A stretch of 64,000 nt of DNA from Macrostomum lignano (lineage: Eukaryota): the NCBI GenBank assembly GCA_002269645.1, contig NIVC01000376.1, positions 434,001 to 498,000 on the forward strand. Reading direction: 5' to 3'. Positions within the stretch are counted from its first letter, which is position 1. Every line of letters starts with the position of its first letter. Below the pieces are notes generated by a model, which saw only the letters and a list, made by a program, of their open reading frames with translations, made no database searches and had not been told where the DNA came from. A program made the position numbers and the translations under genes. Shown piece after piece: positions 1 to 11,763 of this stretch.

Positions 1-2917
1 CTATTATTGCCCAAAAACTAGATTTTTTATAAATATCTTTAATATAACTTTTTTTACTTGAACTATTTTTATGTTTATTATGTCATTTCATTTTTACCTT
101 TTTATCTATTAGGTCTATCTATTACGCAGCATAAATCTAGCCTTTATTCTACCCCCTTCTCTTGCTCTAACACAGAATAGTAATATAGCCAATAAGCCAA
201 AACCTTAGCAAAAAGACCTTAAAATATCAGTCCTAGGCCTAAAATACATAGGGGATTATAAAAATGTTTGTTATAACACAAATTTAATTCTTCTTTCTCC
301 TTATAAGTGAAATAGTACATAAAATTTCTTAAATTTAATTTTCTAAAGTTGTTTTCCAATTGGGAGCAATAAAGCTAAGCTGTTGAAAAAGTAATAATAA
401 TGAAAATTTTGTCAAACTTTTTAGCACATTTAATATCAAGTCAAGATTAGTTAAGAATAGAAAAAAACATATTATTATATTTTTTAACTTATAAGCTATT
501 TCTATACTTATTTATTAAATGATTCAAAGATTGGCCATTACAATTAAATATATAATAATAATATTAAATGGCCATTTTTATACTAAGGCAACTATATATA
601 CTTATATTTTATCTAAAAATTCTATATAATAAAAAGTATATCATATATTATATATGCAATGGCATAGGATTATAGCCAAGCCATAGGCCTAGTTTTTTGG
701 TAATAAAAGATTTTAATGATAATAGACATGGTCATTATGGTAAAAAACAAAACTTTAATGAGATATTTTAGATAGAAATATTTTATCTTAAAACTTATGT
801 CATAGCTATACTGCTATAGGCATAAGGTCTATAGTATAAGTAGGCCTAATAGTTATTATTTTAAAGGTTAGGCTGGGCCCTATGTAAAATAGTTAACTAT
901 TGTTTCATTATTTAGGCTTACTAGCCCCTAGGCCTACTAAACTAGATTTAGGTTTACACCATTTATAGCCTAGCCTAGGCTAGGCCTATATACAAAATAT
1001 AAACATTAACAAAATAACTATAGTTAAACTATACAATGTAATATTTGAAATTCCTGTCATTTCAATAGTATTAATATTATGACTGTATACTATAGTACTA
1101 TTTAAGAAATTCACAAACTTTTCTTATGAAGACAGAAGACTGAGACTGAGAGTGTTTGTTTTGTTGCTGTTGCAGAAGTAGCTTGTTGTTAAAATGACTA
1201 GCCTATTTGCCAACAAAACATCGATTACTAAAACAATTTATCGCCAAAATAACCTGCATCTATGCCAAGATTCTCAGTGCTAAACTGAACATTTACAGCT
1301 GAATTTTGACCATTGAACCCTTAACCCTTAGCTAGCTAACCCACTTAGAAGGGTGGTGCAGTGCGTCTCAAGCCATTGAAGCCAATGGCAATGATGGCTA
1401 AATACTACTGTATTTTTAATTTGTTGTAAAAAAACTCTGAAAATTATTATAAAAATAAAACACTAGCTGTTTACTGACATTTTAATATTGCAATAAAGTT
1501 GAACTTGTTTTACTTACACTGTGTTATACGACGTAAAAGTTATAACACAGTGCTTAAACAAAATAATTTAGGCCCTATTAATAATTTACGAAAAGTGCTA
1601 TGCCAAATTGACATCATTAATTAAAATTTACACTTGTGAATTTTAATTTACGATTACCTGATAGTAAGTTAATCAAGTTTATTTAATTATTAGGGCCTAA
1701 GGCCTTGCTTCTGGGACTTGAATTAAGTTGACATCTTAGAATTCATCTTCGTGACTATCAAATTGTAAGTAGGCCTAGGCCTAGGCCTATTATTTCAAAT
1801 TGGATCACATTGTATTGTGTATATCTAATATTATTGTATTGATAGTAGGCCTAGCAAGTTTTCAATTATGCCATACCTAATAATACCCTGATTCTCAGTC
1901 TTTATTCTCAGTCTCAATCTTTATTGCATTTTTGAATCCATTACTAATAATTATGGATTATTAGGCCTAGTCTTAGGCCTAGGCTACTCTGTCTTTTCTT
2001 TTTTAGGGCCTAACTATTGTGTAAGGCCTAGTGTCTTGTGTTAAATGACTGATATGAGTTTTTAATATATTGTAGTCTTTTTTAGGTGTTGAACAAGTGT
2101 AGATCCAAAAAAATTGATTGGGGAGACAGTAGGCCTAGTACTAGGCCTAGGCCCTAGGGAAATACAAATTGTAAGGCCTATGTGCCTCTCCTCTATGCTT
2201 AGCTCAGGAAGGTGGCAGAGGCATACTAGAATTGAAGATGAGCAAAGCTACCAATTCACACCAAGTATGCCAACATTTAAGGTCAACTGTTTTCATGTAT
2301 ATCAATATACATGCGCAACTGCTAGCCGACCTGGCCGATCCGGCCACCATAAATTGTGGTGGACCAGGGGTAAGTTGCAAAAATGCCCACCCCAAAGAAT
2401 ACATATGGAGTACTAATTAGATGATGAGGCATTTAGCCTTCATAAGACACTCATAGTTACTCCTGCCATTTACTCAAAATTGTGTTAATTTTGCTTTAGG
2501 TTTTCTTTCACAGGTAAGTCACATTTTTGGTCAAAAAGTAAGTCGCATGGCAAGTGTAAATTAGGAGGGTTGCACATATATATATATCAAGTGGGCAAAA
2601 TTTTAATGACCCTTTTTATTATGCATATCAAATATACTAGGCCCCTAGGCCTAATGTTTTTAGCCCTACTTTGCTAACTACCCCCATATGGCCATACCCA
2701 AGTAGTGTCCTGGAATTTAGCATCATACTATTTACATTATGGAAAACCTTGCTTGCTTGAAGAAAATATCTCAACAATAGTATACTAGGAAAAAAGCAAA
2801 TAAGTTCACAATTGTCTCCCATAAGACTTTAGCTTTACTCCTACTTAGCATCTTGCTCCTGTTTGCCAACAAATAGATACATATGTCACTTCACTTTGAC
2901 ACCCATCTACATACATA

Positions 2918-3071
2918 CGCAACTTTGGGATTCACTCGGCCGTTTCTATTGGCAACACACGCATGTAAGTTGCAATTGGACAGAACAGTAGCCACGTGAC
3001 TGCTCTCAGCCAATAGCAACTTACATGCATGTGTTGCCAATAGAAATGGCCGGGTGAATCCCAAGGTTGCG
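2918..3071. mobile_element. Small palindromic MITE-like hairpin element (154 bp)
   Basis: Left arm CGCAACTTTGGGATTCACTCGGCCGTTTCTATTGGCAACACACGCATGTAAGTTGC is a near-perfect reverse complement of the right arm ending ...GTGAATCCCAAGGTTGCG; arms about 60 bp; no clear TSD. Confidence 0.6.
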
Positions 3072-3328
3072 CCCAAGCATGCCCATCTACAACTGCAATT
3101 TTGCTCAACCTTATTTGAATGGCTTTCCAACCTTTAAACAATTAATTATTACAACTTACATTGACCCTCCCTTGTTGGTTATAATATACAATAATACTAT
3201 AAGTATAGCTGTATAGGCTTAGCCTAGTATAATATAGTGCATGCCCAATATTGTAATCTAATTTTGGTGATAAAAAACAGAAAGTGACTAGTCTTATTAT
3301 TGTTACCATTTAACTAATAGTATATTAG

Positions 3329-4045
3329 GCATTGGTCTCGCTGCCTGGGCCACTGCGCACTCCAAAAGCTGCACGCAGCATTGCCGCATATGCAGCGTCC
3401 AGCTGCCTCTCCAAGGCATCCATCAGGGTCCAAGTCTCAGCGTTGTACAACAGGACAGTCTCAACGACTACCTGAAACAGCCAAGCCTTGAGCCTGTCAT
3501 CCAGGGCCTCAGATTGGAGCACGGAGCGCACAGATCGAAATGCGGCCCAGGCCAGTCCTTATCGTCTTTTCAGGTTGTTGGCAACGTCCGGCACGAAACC
3601 ACTGAGGTACACAAAGCGCTCGCAGCGGGTAAGCATAAATGCATTCCCGGCAGCATCTTGGTAATTATCTCGGCCGGCAAGTCGGAGGGCACTGTGAACA
3701 CTACCGTCTTCCGCGCGTTTAGCTTAAGGCTGACCCGCGACGCTGCCGCCATCAGGCCATCAAGCAGCCGCTGGGCACTTTCAGCCGTCGATGAAAGTAG
3801 CGCGAGGTCGTCCGCGTAGCCGAGAATGGAGAGCCGCTTCTCCGGGTGCCGCCGACTTGTGCGTCTTCTCAAAAGGAAGCCGTCATCCAGGTTGGGCAGG
3901 CCAGTTCTCAGCACCCAGTCCAGTGCCAGCACAAACAGAAAAAGTGCCAAAGTGTCACCCTGCAGCACGCCTGACGACATGCTGAATTGGTCTGACAGTC
4001 CATCTGGCGTCATCACCGAAGCAGTCGTGTCCTGGTACATTGTAT
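3329..4045 (-). mobile_element. RTE-clade non-LTR retrotransposon fragment (RT domains 4-7 and downstream), truncated at both ends and frameshifted
   Basis: Minus-strand ORFs give GVLQGDTLA..LF, LGYADDLALL, LKLNARKT and VETVLLYNAETWTL..LERQLDAAY..MLR, typical RTE RT and post-RT motifs. Confidence 0.85.
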
Positions 4046-4219
4046 AGTATATACATAAGCTATTGAAACACAAGGATTTTGAACCCAAGGAATTCTATTA
4101 TTCCTTGACTTACTTGACTTAGCTGCAGGGGGCGTCCGGCGGATGCAGCGAGGAGGCGGAGGAGACTGCCCATTCTGCTAGCCCCTGGCGACCAACGACT
4201 TCCGTTGAAGTGGTGTCGC

Positions 4220-7200
4220 TCAGGGGGACCCGTCGGTCTCGCCTGCAGCGCGGTCCTCCTCACCGACGGTGGGGAAGAAATCAGCTCGTCCGGTGTCCCT
4301 GAGGTACTGGGCGAGCAGCGGGATGCTCTCGGGCCTGCAAACATCGGAGAGAACCGGGTTTGGCCCGAGGTGAGTAAGCCTAGCCCTGGTGAAAACTGGG
4401 CAGTGGCAGATAAAATGCTCGGCGTTTTCACTGCCTGAGTGGCAGAAGGGGCACCGCTCCTTGGGTACTTGGCCCTGAAGGAAGCGGTGGCGAGAGAAGC
4501 AGCCATGCCCGGAGAGGGCCATGCTAACTGCTCTGAGGTCTCTGCGGTTGAGCCTGAGGAGGGCTCTACGCAGGAGAGGAGAGGGACAAGGGACGGCAGC
4601 CCGGGATTGCCTACAATTCTGGGTGTCGTGCCACCTGCGGAGATGCTCGGAGTCAGCCCAGCGCTTAACGCGGGAATTGATCACCAAGGCGGGGATGGGG
4701 GCACCCGGGCCCGGCCCCAATAGCGCGCCGGCGGAGCCAGCCTTGCCCAGCAGGTCAGCGCGCTCGTTGCCAAGGAAGCCGGCGTGGCCCGGGATCCATC
4801 TGAACTCCACCTGGTTGCCTAGCGCAAGCCTGTTGAGCTGGGTGTTGCAGTCCAGGATGGACCTGGAGCTGGCGGTGCTGCGGCAGAGGGCCCAAAGGGC
4901 TGCTTGGCTGTCAGAGTGAAAAATAAATTTCCGGCCGCTAAGCTGCCTTCGGCGCAGCTCTGCCGCGCAGGAGCTGATGGCAAGCACCTCGCTCTGAAAA
5001 ACACTGGAGTTGAGCCCAGTGTGCTGGGAGTAGCTCCACACCACTTCTCCCTTGAAGAAGACGCAAGCTCCGAAGCCTGAAAGACCATGCCTCATAGAGC
5101 CGTCAGTGTAACAGTGGACTTCAGAGTCGCTCCAGCTGTCACTCGCCTTGTGTCGAGGCTGAATGGTGACCTTATACCTTTGGCTCAGGAGAAGGGTGGC
5201 TGGGATCGAGTCCGTGAGGATGTTGAGCCCGCCACACTCCTCGAGAGCCTTGAGGCAGAGGTCAGAGTGCGGGATAAGCGACCGCTTCTTAAAGGCCCGC
5301 ACTTTCTTGAAGGCCACCCCAGCATCCAGAAGACGCCGGGTGCCCTTCGCCGCCTCTCCTTTGATATAAATATCCAAAGGAGGGGCACAGAGGAAGGCAT
5401 TCATGCCTTCAAAAGGAGTAGAGGGTGGAGCGCCCATAGTCATGCGGCAGGCTCTGCCCTGGATTTTGTAGAGAGCGTCAAGGTTGCTCTTGACGCTCAG
5501 GCCGCTAGCCCACACGAGGCTGGCGTAACTGATCGAGGGGCGGATGATGGCAGTGTAAATCCACCACAGCTTCCTGGGGGTGAGCCCCCAGGTGGTGCCC
5601 ACGGCGCGCCTGATCTGAGCCAGTACAGCCAGGGCTTTTTTGGCTTTAGTTTGAATGTGCGGAGTCCAGTTAAGCCTGTGGTCCAGAGTGAGGCCCAGGC
5701 AGCGGACCTGCTTCTCCATGGAAATATTCTTTCCATAGAGGGTGAGGGGCTTAATGGTCTAGAGCAGTTTGTTGGTAAACATGACTACTGTGGTTTTCGA
5801 CTCTGAGAGTCTAAGGCCACATTGGTCTGCCCAACGCTCCGCTCGTCCCAGAAAGCCCTGCAGAAGGTCTCTGATGGTATCAACCGAGGGGCCCGCGCAT
5901 ATCGCGGTCACATCATCGGCATAGCCCACCTTGAGAATGGGGTCGTGGAGATCACTGCAAAGCAACTCAGCCATGACCATGTTCCAGAGAATGGGGGTGA
6001 GAATGCCGCCCTGGGGGCCCCCTTTCAGGACAGGCACCGAAAGAGAGCTGCCGCTCAGGTGGGCCACAACAGTGCGGTTTTGGATCATGAACATGATCCA
6101 CCGGACAAGGTGAGGGTGCGTGGCCCTGGATTCCAGGGCTCTGCAAAAGGCCTCGAAGATGACGTTGTCGAAGGCCCCGTCAATGTCCAGGAAAAGCGAG
6201 AGGGCAAAGCTGCTGCCAAGAACGGCCCTCTCCAGGAAGTCAACAATGACATGGAGAGCACTCTCGGTTGACCTGCCCGCGCGGAAGGCGTGCTGGTTCT
6301 GCGAGAGTGGGAAGCGCTTCAGCTCGACCGAAAGTAGGCGCCAAAGCACCAGTCTCTCGAGGAGCTTGAGGCAGAAAGAAGTGAGGCTGATAGGCCTGAA
6401 GGCCTTCACCGATTGGTAGTCGCTCTTTCCAGGCTTGGGGATAAAGACCACCCGGGCCTCTCTCCATGCAACTGGTACATAGCCCAGCTCCATACAAGCT
6501 CGAAGGAGACGACAGAGCAGGTCCAGGAAGCGGTGGTTTTTCACCGCCTCGTGCAAGAACGCTGGGTAGATGCCGTCGGGCCCAGGTGCTTTGAATAGGT
6601 TAAAGGACCTTGCCGCTCTAATAATGCGGTCTTTGGTGATCATAGACTTTGCTAGGCCTTGCCCTCCCACTGTGTGGTCAGGCGGGCCCTGCTGAGTCGG
6701 AGATTTAGGGAAAAAACTGTTGAGCATGAGCTCTAGAGTCTCTTCCGAACTCTCTGTGACCAAGCCGTCAGGTCTCTTCACAACAGAGAGTTTAGAAAAA
6801 CGGTCATTAGTGAGTGCCTTAACCACGCGGCTATGGGGCGAGAGCCCTCAAGCCCTTCGCAATATTGGCGCCACTTGGCCGTCTTGGCCCTTCTGACTTG
6901 CCCTTAAACTTGTGGATCGCACGGGTATAGGCCTCTCTGTCAGATGGGTCTTTGGTTTTGAGCGCTCGCCTTTGGAGGGTCCTGGCTCGGCGCCGAAGGG
7001 CCCCGAGCTCTGGGTTCCACCAGGGAGCAGATTTCTTGCCTTTATAGGCCTTTAGGGGGCAGGCTGCTTCAAAGGCAGTGGTGATCGCCCCGCCCAGGGA
7101 GGAGGCGAGATCGTCCACCACCTGGCAGTCAGAGAGGTCACTGGGGGGGGGTCAAGATCCCGAAGGCCGCGGCTCAGCTTTGAGCCAAAGGCGGCCCAAT

Positions 7201-7922
7201 CGGTGTTCCTGACGTTCCGACTCCAAGTGACCTTAGGCTTTTGCTTGGTCGGCCCAATGCAAAAGCGGATAAAGCGGTGGTCCGAGAGCGAGTCCTTGTC
7301 CCATACTCGCCAGCCCGTAACTGCGGAAAGCAGTCCGGGTGAGGCGATGGTGGTGTCAATGACTTCGGCCCACCGCCCATTATTGAACGTTGGTGCATTG
7401 CCCACGTTACAGAAGTTGAGGTTAGTGCTGCTGACATAGGCCAGCAGCTCCTCGCCTCTGCTATTGATGTTCTTGCTGCCCCAATGCAGGTGGTGTGCGT
7501 TCACATCCCCTGCAATGAGCAGCTCGAACCGATGGGACGCAGCATAGTCAGTAAGGTTGACTAACGCGTCGCAGACAACTGGGGCATCGCCCGGGAAATA
7601 GGCAGAAGCTACCAGCACAGGTTTATTGGGAATGAGGTTATTGATTTGAACAACACAGATGTCCCCAGTCAGAGATCAGGTCTCATCCATGCCTCAAAAG
7701 CTTTTGCAGCAAAGACCAGAGATCTTGGGCGAGGCTGAGAGCCCGCCATGCAAAAACAGTGGTAGCCAGATGGCACATTATTTGGCTTACCTTTAGTCAT
7801 CCAGGGCTCCTGTACAAGACCAGGCCCAGAAGCTGTTGCTCTGCCGTGCGCATCAGGTTGACCGACGCCGCCACGCAGTGCTGGGTGTTGATCTGCAGAC
7901 ACCAGGTAGTCGCTGGCATCAT
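4220..7922 (-). pseudogene. LINE ORF2: APE endonuclease, reverse transcriptase, RNase H and zinc knuckle; broken by at least 5 single-base frameshifts
   Basis: QINTQH, VQEPW, SAYFP, GDVNAHH, VIDTT, SDH (APE); FIPKPGK, RPISL, LDIDGAFD, PQGGILTP, YADD (RT); YTDGS, QSEVLAI, SDSQAAL, WIPGHAG..GNERAD (RNase H); CPFC..ENAEHFICHC. Confidence 0.9.
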
Positions 7923-9438
7923 TGCAGATCGGATGTTGCAGCCGCCAGGAGTTCCTCCTCCTCCTCAGCGCTCACCGGCTTCGGGTCGGGGTCGCCGGTG
8001 TCCATGGGCTCTTCTTCAGCAAAAGGCCCCCGATTGGCCGGAAGGCAGTAGGCAGCTTTCGCCGCCCTTTGCCCACCATCCATGGGGTCCTCCGCCTCAG
8101 ATTGGCCCAATGCCCTGGAGCAGCCAGCCGCCTGGGCAGGCGGGTCTGTCTCCAGTTGGCCCTGCCCCAAGGGGTTGGGCCCAGCTGGGACGTCCCCACC
8201 CTCCCTGGACGAACTGGTACGCCTAGGCGTCCCGGCGACCTCTTGCCTCAGCTGGGTGATTTTGGCGGTACGGACTGCCTCAGCTGCAAGCTGGTACAGG
8301 CCGCGCCGCTTGGTGCTGCGCGCCGGGTGTCGGTCGCGCCGGGCGTCGGTCGCCTCCGCCCTCAGCAGTGCGCTCAGCTTTGCCCACGCGGCCGTGCTGC
8401 CGGGCAGGGCGGTTTGCTTTGGCAGTCTGAGCAGAGGCTTGCGCCTCGGCCCCGGCCGCCTCCGCATCCCGCCCGCCCTGCTCACTGCCACGGGGAGGGT
8501 CGGCCTCGTAGGAGCAGATGCACCTCGTATGAAGTTGCCATGTGGATAACGCCTCATCCAGGCGTCCGACAGCCCCAGGATGGCTGTGAAGCCAGTGCCG
8601 TCAGTGCGCTTAAGGGTGTCATGCACCACTAGGCCCGCGGCGGGAAGCTCCCGGTTGACTGCTAGCAGTCCTTTCCGAAGCTCGTCAGCAGAGGTAACAA
8701 CGCTCCTGGCCGGGACCCAGATTCGATGCCTCTTGGTCCGGGGGCGCTCGTCCTCTCTGCAGAAGGCTAGGTTGAGGTCCCAGCTCTGCTCGGGCAGCAG
8801 CTCAAGGAGCCGCCGACCCGAGTCAGCATCACTGGGCCAAATGAGAAGGCACGAGTCCCTCGTCGCATTCGAATGAATGTTCAGAGGCGTGCCCTTCAGA
8901 GTTTGCTTCCACAGGAGGCCATCAACGGCACTTCTCACCTGCTTCAGCTGATCGGGAGACAGGCGCGCGTCCTTTCCAGGATGACAACCGCCGGTTGCCT
9001 CTTTGCCGCATCAGCGTAGGAGGCCCGGGGGTCAGTGGAGCTTTCTTCAGGTGGGCTGTCCACCCTCCCGGCTGCATCGGCCTCCCTATCCTGGGCAGGG
9101 GCTTCTGTGGGCTCGAGGCCCTCTTCCGCCACCGCCCCAGACTGGGAAGCTTCCGCTGCCGCGGGCCGTTGGCCCCTGGCACCGGTTTGGCTTCCGCCCT
9201 CCTTGGCCCGCCTCGCCTTGTTAAGTCGACGGCGGGCAGCTCCAGAGGTGGTGCTGCATTTCTTAGCAGCTGGAGTAGCAGGTGTCTTCTCGGAGGCACC
9301 GCTCAGAGTTGGCTCCACGGGTCTTGCCGGGGCGTCCCCGATGGTAGCAGGTGGTATGGCCGAGGAGTCCACGGCCCCAGCCGAGGCCGGAGGCACTATG
9401 TCATCCACAGCTGGTTTGTTACTTCGGTTAGAAGCCAT
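7919..9438 (-). pseudogene. LINE ORF1 (gag-like, LOA-type), frameshifted near 8975
   Basis: ATG at 9438 (MASNRSNKPAVDD); low-complexity N-terminus and SYADAAK motif; continues after a 1-nt slip into the 7919-8938 frame; position upstream of ORF2. Confidence 0.65.
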
Positions 9439-10179
9439 TGGCTGGAAGTAAAAAGGTGGGACTTCCTGCAGAACACAGGCAGAGAGCCGCAAGGCCGCAA
9501 CCCCAAACCAAGCGGCAGGCCCCCAAAAAGCAAAATACCACCCTGCGGGGGGACCCAAAAGCGCAAGGGGAACCGTTAGCGACCAGACTACTCCCTGGCC
9601 AAGCGTCCATCAGCACAGAGTTACACTGGGACATTAGAGGGTGCATTTATGGTCACACCAGGACCCGGCGCCAACGAATCAGCTCGGCAGGGCCCAAGGG
9701 GGCCTGCCTTAACACCCACGGGACGAGTACCCTTCGAAGTACGCCTTGCAAGGTGAAAATCAGGAGACAGAGTCTCTTGAGCTATCAGCCCGCCAGGGGA
9801 GGCAGGTGTGAGCATCGCTGGCTGGGATAAAGGCCATACCAGTCTCATACTGCACAGATAGTTCACCACGCCATTATGTGCAGGACCCGGGGTCCTGGGG
9901 GCAACAGCCCCGGCTTCTATTATTCCAATACCTGGAACTATTTTTGCATGTATTCTGAAATCTAAAGCCATAATCAAACAAAAACTTGTTCATAGTTTGT
10001 AGGATAGAGGTAATCATGTATTTGAGGCAAGCAATGATATTGTTGGCTAGGTTGCTATGCAGAATGTCAGGCAATGTCTGTCTGACTCTAAAACATGTAT
10101 TGGCAAACTTTGGTCTCTGCCTCTGACTCTTCCTAACTCCCTTGGATCCCTTGAAACTTCTATCTTCTCTTCAGTTTCC

Positions 10180-10183
10180 TCTC

Positions 10184-10223
<40 letters not shown>

Positions 10224-10720
10224 TTCTTTCCCATCTCTCCCTCACTCACTTCTCTCTCTCTTTGTCTCTCCTCTTCTCTCTATACTCTCCTCTGTTCTCT
10301 CTACTCTCCCATCACCTCGTGTGTTCACTCTCATCTCTGCTCTCTCATCTCCCTCTTTCATTTGTCATTCTCTTACCTCTCTTCTCTGTACTCTTTTTCT
10401 TTCCCCTCTTTTAACTCCTCAATTTCCTTTCTCCTTTATTCTCTTCTCTTCTCTTCCCTCTTCTATACTGTCTACTTCTCTTGTCTTCTCTCTTCTCTCT
10501 CTACTCTCCTCTCTCCTCCTTTGTCTCTCATCTCTATGAGATGTAGAGATGTATCTTTATCTCTTCTCTTTTCCCTTTACTCTCTCATCTTTACTTTCAT
10601 CTTTTTCCTCTCTCCTCATCTCTCACCTCTCTCCTATTATCTTTTATCTTTTCTCTTACCTTCTCTTGCCTTTCTTCTTCTATTCCTTCTTCTTTCCACT
10701 CTTATCTGTCCCCGAGCCAT
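10180..10720. repeat. (CT)n / pyrimidine-rich low-complexity tract
   Basis: Pure (TC)n at about 10185-10220 followed by degenerate CT-rich sequence. Confidence 0.85.
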
Positions 10721-11763
10721 GAGCCATGAGCTGATAGCCCTCATATTTCTTCTGTTACTTTAAATAAGCAGCATAGCTGATTTATGATACTTTTAAGTAA
10801 GTATAAATCAATTTTTTAAATGTTCATATATGTGCAACCTCCTGATTTACTTACCATGCAACTTACTTTTTGATTAAAAATATAGCTTATCTATGTCTAT
10901 GAAAGAGACCCCTAAAGCAAAAATTAATGCAATTTTGGGTATATGGCAGGAGTAACTATGACTGTCTTATTAGGGTAGTGCTAAATGCTTTGTCATCTAA
11001 TTATTACTAGAATTTACTACATCTATATTCTTTCAGGTGAACATTTTTTGCAATTTACCCTTAGTTGTACCACAATTTACAGTGGCCAGGTTGGTCAGCA
11101 GTTGCGCATGTATGACAATTTTTATCCAACTTTGTACAATATATCCTATTCAATTTATATTGTGTTTTTTGTCAGTAGTATGCTAAAGCAATTTTAAATT
11201 TTAGATATGAATAATCAAATTTTTTTAAATTATGTTTCATTTAGCTAGTTTAATAATTTTTCTTGTTTTTTAAAGTTTTAAAATGACTTTAAAACTTTTT
11301 TATAGGAGTTGAAAAAAGCATCAATCTCTAGTTCTAAAAATAAAAAAGTCAATAATATACAAGCTGTACTTTATAATGATTTCTAAACATCAATGCTAAA
11401 TGGTAAACTGTAATTTTTTCTAATTTACATTTCTTTAAATTGACTATTTTTTTATATTTATTTTCAATTAAATTTACACCTAAACATAGGGAAAGTAAAT
11501 CATATTTACTTTATGACTAAAGTTACACTTTGGTTCATGATTTTGGTTCAGGATTTGCTAAACTAAAGAATAAAGACTATTATAGATTATAAAATTTATC
11601 ATAAATCTAGTAATATACTTTTTCAACCTTGAATTTGACAGAAGTAACTTCAATTTGGCTAGGTATATCTATTTTATCCTACCACATATTCCATTATCAT
11701 CAACATTTAAAGGAAATTTATTAGCTATGGATATGTTATCACCATTCCAGCAACAGGCCAGCC

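Larger units (their letters stand above)
4095..9914 (-). mobile_element. Full-length LOA/R1-group non-LTR retrotransposon (5820 bp) with 12-bp TSD
   Basis: TSD TTCTATTATTCC at 4083-4094 and 9915-9926; 3' tail AAGTCAAGTAAGTCAA; ORF1 followed by ORF2 with APE endonuclease, RT, RNase H and a C-terminal CxxC..H..C. Confidence 0.9.

Noticed and set aside
8665-8695. CTGACGA...GAAA hammerhead-like core on the minus strand
   Set aside because: Stem II cannot form, and the sequence is coding (SADELRKG) in LINE ORF1
9680-9745. HDV-like ribozyme register around CTCGTCCCGTGGG and the GGCAGG..CCTGCC hairpin
   Set aside because: P1 and P2 pairings could not be completed by hand
3329-9914. LINE nested inside the RTE element
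   Set aside because: RTE sequence does not resume beyond 9926, and the TSD lies in non-RTE sequence; the two are merely adjacent
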